Both the position numbers and the translations under genes were made by a program. Below the pieces are notes generated by a model. The model was not told where the DNA came from. It searched no databases and worked only from the letters and a program-made list of their open reading frames with translations. Of a stretch of DNA of 32,000 nt, positions 1 to 12,831 are shown in pieces (positions within the stretch are counted from its first letter, which is position 1; each line of letters begins with the position of its first letter). The stretch comes from Desulfobulbus propionicus DSM 2032 (GTDB taxonomy: Bacteria > Desulfobacterota > Desulfobulbia > Desulfobulbales > Desulfobulbaceae), in NCBI RefSeq assembly GCF_000186885.1, contig NC_014972.1, positions 3,060,001 to 3,092,000 on the forward strand, read 5' to 3'.

Positions 1-698
1 AGGAGAAAGGCGGCCACATTGGCGGCCTCGTCGGTCTGCACTGCCCGCTTGCGCAGGGTGGCCTGTTCGGCAAAGAGATAGCTGTCGATGTAGCCAGGAA
101 TGCCGGCCGAGGCCGAGGTCTTGAGCAGGCCGGGGCAGACGGCGTTGAAGCGGACCTCGGAGAAGGCGGAAAAGCTTTTGGCCAGGAAGCAGAGCGACGA
201 TTCGAGCGCCGCCTTGACCGGGGCCATGTAGCCGTAATTCTCCGCCGCCATGCGGGTGGTGGAGATGGAAATGGTCACCAGCGAGGCCTGCCGGGCCAGC
301 AGTTCCTTGAAATGGTTGGCGATGCTGATGAACGAGAAGCAGGAGATATCCATGGCCTGGAGGAAATCGCGCTTCGGCGTCTGATGGAAGGGCCGCATGC
401 CCTCACTGTAGTTGGCAAAGGCGATGGAGTGGACGATGCCGTCGATGGGTTCGCTGATGTGGCCGGCGATCTCGTCGCGGACCCGGACGATGTTGGCCTC
501 GTCTTCGACATCGCAGCAGAACACCGGGCTGGTGGGGAAGAGCTTGGCCGCTGCTTCCGCCCGCTGCCCGCTGCGCACCACATGGACCACTGTTGCCCCG
601 GCCTCGACCAGCACCCGGCCGATGGCGCAGGCCACCGATTTCTTGTTGGCCAGGCCAAAGACCACAATCGTTTTGCCCGCAAGCTGCAAAAAATCCAC
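1..698 (-). CDS. FabI-family enoyl-[ACP] reductase (SDR), 3' end cut by window edge
   Basis: Absent from the ORF track because it runs off the window. My translation from GTG (698-696) reads [38 protein letters not shown]..., a FabI-like glycine-rich loop with S-x-A-x-x-I-G. It also contains ...[15 protein letters not shown]..., which has the Y-x6-K spacing typical of FabI. The start abuts the stop codon (699-701) of the upstream dehydratase gene. Confidence 0.7.
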   Translation of the reverse strand, partial: MDFLQLAGKTIVVFGLANKKSVACAIGRVLVEAGATVVHVVRSGQRAEAAAKLFPTSPVFCCDVEDEANIVRVRDEIAGHISEPIDGIVHSIAFANYSEGMRPFHQTPKRDFLQAMDISCFSFISIANHFKELLARQASLVTISISTTRMAAENYGYMAPVKAALESSLCFLAKSFSAFSEVRFNAVCPGLLKTSASAGIPGYIDSYLFAEQATLRKRAVQTDEAANVAAFL

Positions 699-1133
699 TC
701 AGCCCCCCTTGCGCGCGCAGGCGAACTCCACCTGCACCGCAGTTTTGCCGCCCACCTTGACCGCACCTTTCATGATCCAGGCCGGCCCCATCCGCTCGAC
801 TAGGGAGGCGCTAATCTCCAGGGTATCGCCGGGCCGAACCTCGCGTTTGAATTTGGCGCCGAGGATGCGGGTCAGCACCGGCACGCCGTCGCCCTCTTCC
901 GCCGCGCCGCGCATCCGTTCACCGATCAGCAGGGCCCCAGCCTGAAAGACCGCCTCGCAGAGCAGCACACCGGGCATGAGCGGATAGTCGGGATAATGGC
1001 CGCGAAAGACATCCAGATCTTCGTCCACCTTTTTCTCGGCGCGAATGGTGTCGCCGCTGATCGCCACCACCCGGTCCAGCCAGAGAAAGGGCGGCCGGTG
1101 GGGAATGCGTTCGAGAATGAAGGGATCAATCAT
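699..1133 (-). CDS. FabZ/FabA-like hotdog-fold 3-hydroxyacyl-[ACP] dehydratase
   Basis: 144 aa. It has RIPHRPPFLWLD and FRGHYPDYPLMPGVLLCEAVFQ (catalytic His plus the PGVL motif, as in FabZ). It lies 5 nt downstream of the KR gene. Confidence 0.85.
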   Translation of the reverse strand: MIDPFILERIPHRPPFLWLDRVVAISGDTIRAEKKVDEDLDVFRGHYPDYPLMPGVLLCEAVFQAGALLIGERMRGAAEEGDGVPVLTRILGAKFKREVRPGDTLEISASLVERMGPAWIMKGAVKVGGKTAVQVEFACARKGG

Positions 1134-1138
1134 GATGG

Positions 1139-1879
1139 TTACAGCCCGCCGGTGATTTCGAGCACCGCGCCGTTGATGTAGGCGGCACGATCGCTCGCGA
1201 GAAAGAGCACCGCCTCGGCCACTTCGGCCGGGGTGCCGAAACGGTTTGCCGGCACCATCTTCTTGTATTCCTTCACCTGCGCCTCGGGCAGATCAGCGAT
1301 CAGTTCGGTGGCGATGAACCCGGGCGAGACGCCGTTGACCGTGATCTTGCGCTTGGCCACCTCCTTGGAGAGCGATTTCATCAGGCCCACCTGGCCGGCC
1401 TTGGAGGCGGCGTAGTTGGCCTGGCCGGCAAAGCCCAGATGGCCCATGGGCGAGGTGACAAAGACGATGCGGCCATACTTCTGCTTCATCATCAGCGGCA
1501 CCGCGAACTTGGACATGGTGTAGCCGCCGGTGAGGTTGACATCGATCACCCGCCGCCAGTCCTCCTCCTTCATCATCGCCAGGACCGCATCACGGCGGAT
1601 GCCGGCGTTGTTGACCAGGATGTCGAGGGTCTCCCACTCGGCTTCCAGCTCGGCAAAAAAGGCAGCCACGGCCGGGTAGTCGCTGACATCCAGCTGCCTG
1701 AGCCGCAGACGGTCGCCGTATTGCGCACAGTCCAACCGCATGGCCTCGGCTGCCGCTGCATTGCCGCCATAGACCCCGACCACGTTTGCCCCCTGGGCGA
1801 GCAACGCCTCGGTGATGGCCCGGCCAATGCCGCGGGTGGCACCGGTGACGAGAGCTTTTTTCCCTTCAAATTCGAGCAT
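1139..1879 (-). CDS. FabG-like 3-oxoacyl-[ACP] reductase (classical SDR)
   Basis: 246 aa. It has the TGATRGIGRAI cofactor loop, NNAG, and the catalytic YAASKAG (Y-x3-K). ATG at 1879. Confidence 0.9.
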   Translation of the reverse strand: MLEFEGKKALVTGATRGIGRAITEALLAQGANVVGVYGGNAAAAEAMRLDCAQYGDRLRLRQLDVSDYPAVAAFFAELEAEWETLDILVNNAGIRRDAVLAMMKEEDWRRVIDVNLTGGYTMSKFAVPLMMKQKYGRIVFVTSPMGHLGFAGQANYAASKAGQVGLMKSLSKEVAKRKITVNGVSPGFIATELIADLPEAQVKEYKKMVPANRFGTPAEVAEAVLFLASDRAAYINGAVLEITGGL

Positions 1880-1920
1880 GGATTTTTTATTACCGTTTTG
1901 CTAATTATTTTAATTTTGAG

Positions 1921-2613
1921 CTAACACTCCAAAAAAGCGTGATTTCCTATAACCCAAACCCCAAAAAGAGGAACTTTTGACGAGACACTTAATTTTTGCA
2001 ATGATCCAACAACGGCCTCAACTTCAAACAAGCTTGCAAACCTGCTATAATCCAACCATCCAACAAGCTCTCGGCTGAACGAATGAATCAGCATCACCGC
2101 AGCAACAGCCCTAAATTGCTCTGCCGTGATTATAGCGGAGACTGCGCGATGAAGTAGTTGGTACCTAATCGTATCATCGGGTAGAGACGTCAACCCCAAG
2201 GAATCCAAAAGGAATTCCAGCCGTTTCATCTTCCCCTCCGAAGCATTTTTCAACCAATCTGTCACTCTTGGTCCAAAAGACTCGCTGACTTTGCCTTCCA
2301 CCATGATGCAGACAGGGCCAGCTGTGGATCGGGATAAGATAAAGATATCGTTTTGCGAACTATTCCTTCCCCCAGGCAAAGGAACCTTAAATTCGGGAAT
2401 GCCGATGACAGGCTGAAGATTAGCTAAAAGTGGATCCATGCTCTCTGCAAAGGGTTGTGCAACTTCCTCTGGTAGTTCCTCCGACGACTCCCAGCAATAC
2501 GCTAAGGTCCGAGCGGAATATCCTTTTCGCCAATGTCTATCTGGATCAGCCAGCAAAGCCTGCCAATCCTCAACCCCGGTCGTAAAAGGAAATATACGGG
2601 ATTTCTTTTCCAT
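1921..2613 (-). CDS. Hypothetical protein with a PD-(D/E)XK nuclease-like motif, in a lower-GC insert
   Basis: 230 aa. The segment NDIFILSRSTAGPVCIMVEGKVSE gives D...E-x-K on two hydrophobic strands, the PD-(D/E)XK pattern. An AGGGA Shine-Dalgarno lies 5 nt upstream. The start is 9 nt after the stop of the upstream flavoprotein gene. Hand counts of several 60-nt lines give about 38-50% GC, against over 60% in the neighbours. Confidence 0.65.
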   Translation of the reverse strand: MEKKSRIFPFTTGVEDWQALLADPDRHWRKGYSARTLAYCWESSEELPEEVAQPFAESMDPLLANLQPVIGIPEFKVPLPGGRNSSQNDIFILSRSTAGPVCIMVEGKVSESFGPRVTDWLKNASEGKMKRLEFLLDSLGLTSLPDDTIRYQLLHRAVSAIITAEQFRAVAAVMLIHSFSRELVGWLDYSRFASLFEVEAVVGSLQKLSVSSKVPLFGVWVIGNHAFLEC

Positions 2614-2622
2614 GTTCCCTAA

Positions 2623-4032
2623 CTACCCCCTCAAATACCCATCCACATCGTTGGCCACGATCACCCCATAGTTGATCGCCCCCAGCCAACCGCTCATGAT
2701 GATCCCGACCGAGCCGACATGAAAGAGGCCCCCTATCTCCTTGTGCAGGAAGCGGGAGATGTCGAGGCCCTCGAACTTGGTGCCGAACGAGGTGCCCTTG
2801 GTGTGCAGGGTGTAGCGGTGGAAGGTCTTGGGCGTGGCCGACTCGATGGTGTCGATCTTGGCGCGGATGCCGGGGAGGTAGCGGTCCAGATCGACCAGAC
2901 AGCGTTCGATCATCGCCTCCTTGGCCGCATGGTAGGCCGCATCGCCCAACCCGGCCCAGTCGTCGTAGTTGGCATTCATCGAGGCGACGATGGTGTAATC
3001 GGGCGCCGCATCCGGCCGGGTTTTGGGATAGTAGAGGGAAAAGGTGCGGCTTTGGGTGTCCATGCGCCGCATCTCCTCCGAGGAGAACTCCGGGGCGGTG
3101 GAGGTGAAGAGCAGGTCGCCGATGTCGGGAATGGTCTCGCCCCGGCGGATACCGAAATAGACCTGGCAGCTCGAATTGTTGACCTGCACCTTACCAAAGC
3201 GGCCGAGGAAGTCCTTGGTAAAACACTCCCGCCCGACCAACTGGTCGATGGTGTTGGTGACGCCCGCGTTGGAGACCACTGCCCGGGCGCTGATCTCGCG
3301 GTCCCCCACCACCACGCCGGTGGTCACGCCGTCCTTCACCAGGATGCGGTCCACCCGCGCGCCGGTGCAGATATCCACGCCCTTGGCCAGCAGTTCCTCA
3401 GCCATCAGGCCGATCAGTTTGTCGGTGCCGCCCTCGAAGGTGAACACGCCCCGGTTCATGAAGTTGGAGAAGACGATGCCGTAGGTGATGGCTGGCTCGT
3501 CCAGGGTGGAGCCGTTGGCGTAAGTGATCGGTTCCATTAGCAACCGGTGCACGTCGCTACGGCCGGGAAAGAATTGCTCGAACAGTTCCCGGGTGGTGAG
3601 CCGCTGGTCGTCGTAGAAGTTCATGCCATCCACGGTGGCGAAGAAGTCCTCGACCACCTGCTGGCTGATGCCGAACCGTTCCTGAAGGATGCGGATGAAG
3701 TCCTCCTTGCTGAAGGTGGTGGTCAGGGAGAACTGGGGGTTGTCGAAGACGATGTGCTGCAGCTGGACGATGGAGTCGCGGATGGCCTTGCCCCAGTACT
3801 TCTTGCAGGTCTTGACCATGCCGTAGGGAAAGCCGTGCAGGGAGACGTCGAAGATATGGCCGCCGCGCTTGAACCAGGTGGCCAGCCCGCCCAGTTGAAT
3901 GTGATGTTCGAGCAGCAACACACTGTGGCCGGCCGCGGCCAAGCGGTTGGCGCTGGTCAGGCCGCCAAGCCCGGAACCGACCACAATGACGTCATATTGG
4001 GGGCGAACCCTATCCAGCGGTGTATAGCGCAT
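2623..4032 (-). CDS. FAD-dependent oxidoreductase, phytoene desaturase (CrtI)/amine-oxidase superfamily
   Basis: It has the [29 protein letters not shown] dinucleotide-binding fold (GxGxxG...E). Length and overall layout are CrtI-like. I prefer ATG 4032 (GGAG 5-8 nt upstream) to the TTG at 4053 used in the track. Confidence 0.8.
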   Translation of the reverse strand: MRYTPLDRVRPQYDVIVVGSGLGGLTSANRLAAAGHSVLLLEHHIQLGGLATWFKRGGHIFDVSLHGFPYGMVKTCKKYWGKAIRDSIVQLQHIVFDNPQFSLTTTFSKEDFIRILQERFGISQQVVEDFFATVDGMNFYDDQRLTTRELFEQFFPGRSDVHRLLMEPITYANGSTLDEPAITYGIVFSNFMNRGVFTFEGGTDKLIGLMAEELLAKGVDICTGARVDRILVKDGVTTGVVVGDREISARAVVSNAGVTNTIDQLVGRECFTKDFLGRFGKVQVNNSSCQVYFGIRRGETIPDIGDLLFTSTAPEFSSEEMRRMDTQSRTFSLYYPKTRPDAAPDYTIVASMNANYDDWAGLGDAAYHAAKEAMIERCLVDLDRYLPGIRAKIDTIESATPKTFHRYTLHTKGTSFGTKFEGLDISRFLHKEIGGLFHVGSVGIIMSGWLGAINYGVIVANDVDGYLRG

Positions 4033-4086
4033 CGTTCTCCATGGTGGTTGCAAAACGGACGGACACAGCTCTGCTCTGGGGGCGGA

Positions 4087-5463
4087 TCACCGCAAAATAT
4101 GCTGATTGACCACGGTAATCCCGCTGAGCATGGCACCGACAATACCCAGGTAACCCTGATCGGTGCCGGCGAGAAAGAGGTTGGGCCAGGGAGTCCGGCC
4201 GTCCTTGATCTTGATGCCGCTGCCATAGACCGCACCCTGGGCCTTGCGGGTGAAGCGTTCGATGGTCACCGGCGTGAAGCTGTCCTGATATACAATGAAC
4301 CGGCGATAATTCCCAACGATTTCCTCGCTGGCCACGGTGGCGGCCTCGGTCCAGTGCTGTTTCGCAGCCCTGTACGCCGCTGGAGCCAAAGCCTTCCACA
4401 ACGGATAGCTGGCGGCGTTGGTCACCCGGATCTGGGCCATGTCCGCCGGCGGCAGACCGGCAAAATGCTCGGGAAAGCAGATCACCCCCCAGGAGGGGTC
4501 GAGATAGTCGGCAGGCCGGCAATAGTTGAGCCGCTCGCCGTTGTGGTAGAAGATGATGGTCCGCTCCCGGCCAAGCGATGCGGCCGCAGCCTGCGGCAGC
4601 AGGGAGATGGTCTCCATGAAGCTCATCCGGCCGCAATAGCGTTCCTGGTCGGCCTTCCAACCGGAGAGCCGGATCGTTTCCGGGATGCCGGCGGTGGACA
4701 GCACCACCTCGGCGCTCAGTTCCTCGCCGTTTTCCAGCCGCACGCCCGCAACCCGACCCTGATCGATGCAAAGGGCACCCACTGGGCTGCGAAAGCGCAG
4801 TTCGCCGCCGAAGGATTGATACTGGCGCACCAGCAGATCGAGGAACTCGCGCATGGTCGCGGCGGGCCGGAAAAACCCTTCCTCGAACACGGCGCGGAAC
4901 ATGATGACAAACTGGCCCAGGTCCATGTCCTGCTCCTCGGCATTGCCGTAGACCATCAGCGGCAGCAGCAGCATGTCTTCCAGGAGCGGATTGCCCAGTC
5001 GTTCGGCCAACACAGCCCGGGTGGATCGCCACGGGGCCGGGGCAAAGGGATCGTAGGCCGCGATCTCGGCCCGCAGCGCTCGAAAATGGTCGAGGCTTTC
5101 GGGAAACTCGCGGGCAATTTCGGCCTCAAGGGTCGCCGGATCGTTGCTGAATAGCAGAGAGCGGTCGGCAAAGCGGATTTCGGATCCGATCTGCTCGTGC
5201 AGGGCAAACTGCTTGCGGGAGAGGTGCAACTGGCGAAACAGCCGGTTGAGCGGGGCGCGCTTGTCGCCGAGCGCGGCACAGTTGGTCATGGCGTGCAGCC
5301 CGGTTTCAAACAGCCGCCCCTGGCGGAGATAGAAGGAGTTGAGCCCACCGGGCAGGCTGTGCTGCTCCAGGATCAGGGTTTTGCGGCCGAAGCGGGCAGC
5401 GCGGATACCGGCCGCCAGTCCCGACAACCCACCCCCGATGATGATCAGTTCATAGTCAGCCAT
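4087..5463 (-). CDS. FAD-dependent oxidoreductase, CrtI-like superfamily (second, divergent copy)
   Basis: 458 aa. The N-terminus is YELIIIGGGLSGLAAGIRAARFGRKTLILEQ (GxGxxG...E). It lies in tandem with the 2623-4032 paralog. Confidence 0.8.
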   Translation of the reverse strand: MADYELIIIGGGLSGLAAGIRAARFGRKTLILEQHSLPGGLNSFYLRQGRLFETGLHAMTNCAALGDKRAPLNRLFRQLHLSRKQFALHEQIGSEIRFADRSLLFSNDPATLEAEIAREFPESLDHFRALRAEIAAYDPFAPAPWRSTRAVLAERLGNPLLEDMLLLPLMVYGNAEEQDMDLGQFVIMFRAVFEEGFFRPAATMREFLDLLVRQYQSFGGELRFRSPVGALCIDQGRVAGVRLENGEELSAEVVLSTAGIPETIRLSGWKADQERYCGRMSFMETISLLPQAAAASLGRERTIIFYHNGERLNYCRPADYLDPSWGVICFPEHFAGLPPADMAQIRVTNAASYPLWKALAPAAYRAAKQHWTEAATVASEEIVGNYRRFIVYQDSFTPVTIERFTRKAQGAVYGSGIKIKDGRTPWPNLFLAGTDQGYLGIVGAMLSGITVVNQHILR

Positions 5464-5526
5464 GGACGCGGGCAGGACCGGCGGACGTGGTCCGACATCA
5501 GGACCACTCGCGCGCCGGCAGGAGGC

Positions 5527-5778
5527 TCAGACGTTTTGCAGTTTGGGTTCCAGATAGTTGACGCAACTGGTCAGGGTGGCGAGCTGCGGATATTCCTCCT
5601 CGGGGATCTGCAACTTGTAGCGTTTGCGCAACTCCATGACAATATCGAGAAAATCCATGGAGTCGAGATCCAGCTGGTCGCGCAGGGGGGCATCGGCATC
5701 CAGGCTGGCAAAATCGGCTTCTTCATCAATATCTGCTATGATTTCAAGGATTACGTCCTTGATTTCGTCACGGCTCAT
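5527..5778 (-). CDS. Acyl carrier protein (dedicated, non-housekeeping type)
   Basis: 83 aa and acidic. QLDLDSMDFLDIV contains the D-S-(L/M) phosphopantetheine attachment serine. A GAGGA RBS precedes it. Confidence 0.85.
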   Translation of the reverse strand: MSRDEIKDVILEIIADIDEEADFASLDADAPLRDQLDLDSMDFLDIVMELRKRYKLQIPEEEYPQLATLTSCVNYLEPKLQNV

Positions 5779-5854
5779 ACTTCGGTTCCTCTATATAAAA
5801 AAACAAATACAGTTGAAGTTCGGTAAAAATTGGAGAGAAATACCACAGACACCC

Positions 5855-7114
5855 TCAGTTCGCCACAAATCTCTCGACAATGACCACCGAATTGATCCCC
5901 AGCATGCCAAAGGAGTTGTTGAGGATGGCATCGACCCGTTCCAGCTGCTTCGGGGCGTTGGCCACCAGTCCGGGCAAGGCGCATTCCGGGTCGAGGTTGT
6001 CCACATTGATGGTCGGATGGACCATATTGTCGGTGAACGAGGGCAGGTTGCCGGCCAGTTCGAGCACGCCGGCAGCGCCCATGGCATGGCCGATGCTCGA
6101 CTTGGTGTTGTTGATCCAGGTGTTCTCACAGCCGGCAAAGGTCTCGCGAACGGCGTTGCACTCCTCGACGTCGCCCTGCTTGGTGCCGGTGGCGTGGGTG
6201 TTGACAATGGTGATGTCCGCAGGCGACAGGCCAGCCCGCGCCAGCGCCATTTCCATGCACTGCCGTTGGCGAGGCCCATACGGCAGGACAAAATCGCGAG
6301 CATCGGAGTTCATGGCATAGCCGGTGATCTCGCCGTAGATTGAGGCCCCGCGCTCCAGGGCCGCATCCAGCCGCTCCAGGGTGAAGACGCAGCCGCCCTC
6401 GGAGATGACGATGCCATTGCGGTCGCGGTCAAAGGGACGGCTGGCCTTGGTCGGGTCCTGGTGCTCGGCTAGCGCCCCCTGGGCCCGGAAGGAGGCAAAG
6501 ATGCCAAACGAGCCGACGCATTCCGAGAGGCCGCCGCACAGGGCGAGGTCGACCTCGCCCAGGCGCAGCATCTGTACCCCCTGGATCAGGGCCGCGTTGC
6601 CGGCGGCACAGGCCGCGCCGATGGAGTAATGCGGTCCGGTCAAGCGGAGATTCATGGTGATCTCGCCGGCCGGATTGTTGAGCACGGTACGCGGATTATG
6701 GTGGTGAGTCCAGTAGTTGACATCATGGCCGTACTGGCCGATGTTATAGACCTCGTTTTCGGTCTCCACCGTGCCGTGTTCGGTCAGACCGATGTACACA
6801 CCGGTGGCGGCCGGGTCGTAGGTGGAAAAATCGATGCCCGCATCCACCAGGGCCTCGTTGGCGCAATAGACGCCGATGCAACCGGCGCGGGTGCCGCGGC
6901 TGTTCTCCCGCTTCTTGCGGTAGCGGGTCTCGGCAAAGCTGCATAGACCGGCCGGATGGACGCCCATATAGCGCAGGTCAAGGGTGGAGATGCCGCTGGT
7001 GCCGGCCAGGAGATTGGCGCGGAATTCGCTCAGATTGGCGGCGCCGGGCGCGGTCAGACCGACACCGGTGATGACGATACGTTGATGTGTTGCGTGTTGT
7101 TCCATACTGCTCAT
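5855..7114 (-). CDS. Beta-ketoacyl-[ACP] synthase, KAS I/II (FabB/FabF) type
   Basis: 419 aa. It has the Cys-His-His triad contexts SIGAACAAG, VNTHATGT and SSIGHAMGAAG. The start is 8 nt after the alaS stop. Confidence 0.9.
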   Translation of the reverse strand: MSSMEQHATHQRIVITGVGLTAPGAANLSEFRANLLAGTSGISTLDLRYMGVHPAGLCSFAETRYRKKRENSRGTRAGCIGVYCANEALVDAGIDFSTYDPAATGVYIGLTEHGTVETENEVYNIGQYGHDVNYWTHHHNPRTVLNNPAGEITMNLRLTGPHYSIGAACAAGNAALIQGVQMLRLGEVDLALCGGLSECVGSFGIFASFRAQGALAEHQDPTKASRPFDRDRNGIVISEGGCVFTLERLDAALERGASIYGEITGYAMNSDARDFVLPYGPRQRQCMEMALARAGLSPADITIVNTHATGTKQGDVEECNAVRETFAGCENTWINNTKSSIGHAMGAAGVLELAGNLPSFTDNMVHPTINVDNLDPECALPGLVANAPKQLERVDAILNNSFGMLGINSVVIVERFVAN

Positions 7115-7122
7115 TCAGGGGA

Positions 7123-9771
<2,649 letters not shown>

Positions 9772-9962
9772 TGTGTTGTCATGGCTTGATTTTTTCAGGG
9801 AGAATCCACACCGGGACCACTGACGGGCAGCCGCTTGCCACCCGCTGTGCCCGCCAAGAGGAGAAACACTCCAGGGCAAGCAGGCGAGGTGCCCACAGCA
9901 GAGCTGACCATGATACCATGAAATCAGCCGTTGCAAAGAAAAAATGACACCAGGAGTCCCTG

Positions 9963-9994
9963 ATAAAAAAAGGCGGGATGCCATGCATCCCGCC
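9963..9994 (-). terminator. Rho-independent terminator downstream of acs
   Basis: A 9-bp perfect stem, GGCGGGATG (9972-9980) with CATCCCGCC (9986-9994), and a 5-nt loop. On the minus strand it is followed by TTTTTTT. It lies 66 nt after the acs stop. Confidence 0.75.
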
Positions 9995-10060
9995 TGTCCA
10001 TTTCCCTGCGACCATGCCGACTGCTGGCGGCGGCGCGCGTGGAACAACCGATGGGGCTGA

Positions 10061-12046
<1,986 letters not shown>

Positions 12047-12589
12047 AACACGCTCCCCCTCAACAAAAAAACCGCTTGTTCCATGTTACCCATGCCTCCC
12101 GCGTCTCAACCCCTCCGCAGGCAGCCATGGCCAGCCAACTCGGAACACTGGACCGCGCCGTCAGCCTTTTCTTCGGCAAAAGCCTGCCACCAAGGACAAC
12201 TTCTGCTGTTCGATCTGGTACTGAGGTTTTCGGCTCAGAACTCCTAGTTTGAATATGTACAGGAGATTTGCAAAAAAAGAAAACGATTCCCGCGTGAAAC
12301 CGCTGTCAATGTGCATTTTCCCGCGAAAGAGACTCACTATTGACAAAAAGCGGCCCGTTCCATCAGCAGAATCGAGAATTGGAATCAATTTCCTTGCGGT
12401 TTCAAGGAGCTGCGCACTTTGCCATCTTGCTTGTTTGCACAGTATGACCAATATAGTATTGATAACGAAATACCCGCACGCGTGACCACCGGCCGCTCGG
12501 TGATGACGCATGCACGACAATCTGACAACAAACGGTCACGCACCGTTCTGGCCAGGCGCTCTGCCTGAAATCCACCCTTGGAGGTTTTG

Positions 12590-12805
12590 ATGATCATCAC
12601 CGACTGGATTCACGCGATTGCTGGATTTTTCATCCTGATCAGCCTGGCACTGGGCGTTGACAGCCCGAACAACCCCCTGTTCGTCAGCCGGTATTGGTTG
12701 CTGCTCACCGCTTTTGTCGGTGCCAACCTGTTGCAGTTCGGCTTCAGCAAATTCTGCCCACTGGGGCTGATCCTGAAAAAATTGGGCGTCCCGGAACAAC
12801 GGTAG
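12590..12805 (+). CDS. Small two-TM membrane protein, DUF2892/YgaP-C-terminal-like
   Basis: 71 aa counted from the ATG at 12590, with GGAGG 5 nt upstream. The track starts at a TTG at 12578. It has two hydrophobic helices and the conserved-looking FGFSKFCPLG motif. Confidence 0.55.
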   Translation: MIITDWIHAIAGFFILISLALGVDSPNNPLFVSRYWLLLTAFVGANLLQFGFSKFCPLGLILKKLGVPEQR

Positions 12806-12831
12806 CTCGCGTGCCGGTTCCGCCGTTTCCA

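Noticed and set aside
3547-5154. Long antisense or alternative-frame ORFs throughout the GC-rich genes. Examples are 3547-5154 (+), 7087-8463 (+), 10436-12247 (+), 14621-16387 (-), 17919-19019 (-), 19068-21212 (-), 24766-25779 (+) and 25776-27470 (+).
   Set aside because: Their translations are R/G/A/P/H-rich low-complexity sequence without family motifs. They overlap well-supported genes on the opposite strand or in another frame. High GC suppresses stop codons, so these are expected artefacts.
12175-12189. A sigma54-like TGGCAG-N4-TTGC on the minus strand upstream of acs.
   Set aside because: The spacing between the GG and GC elements is one nt short of the consensus, and the -24 box is imperfect.
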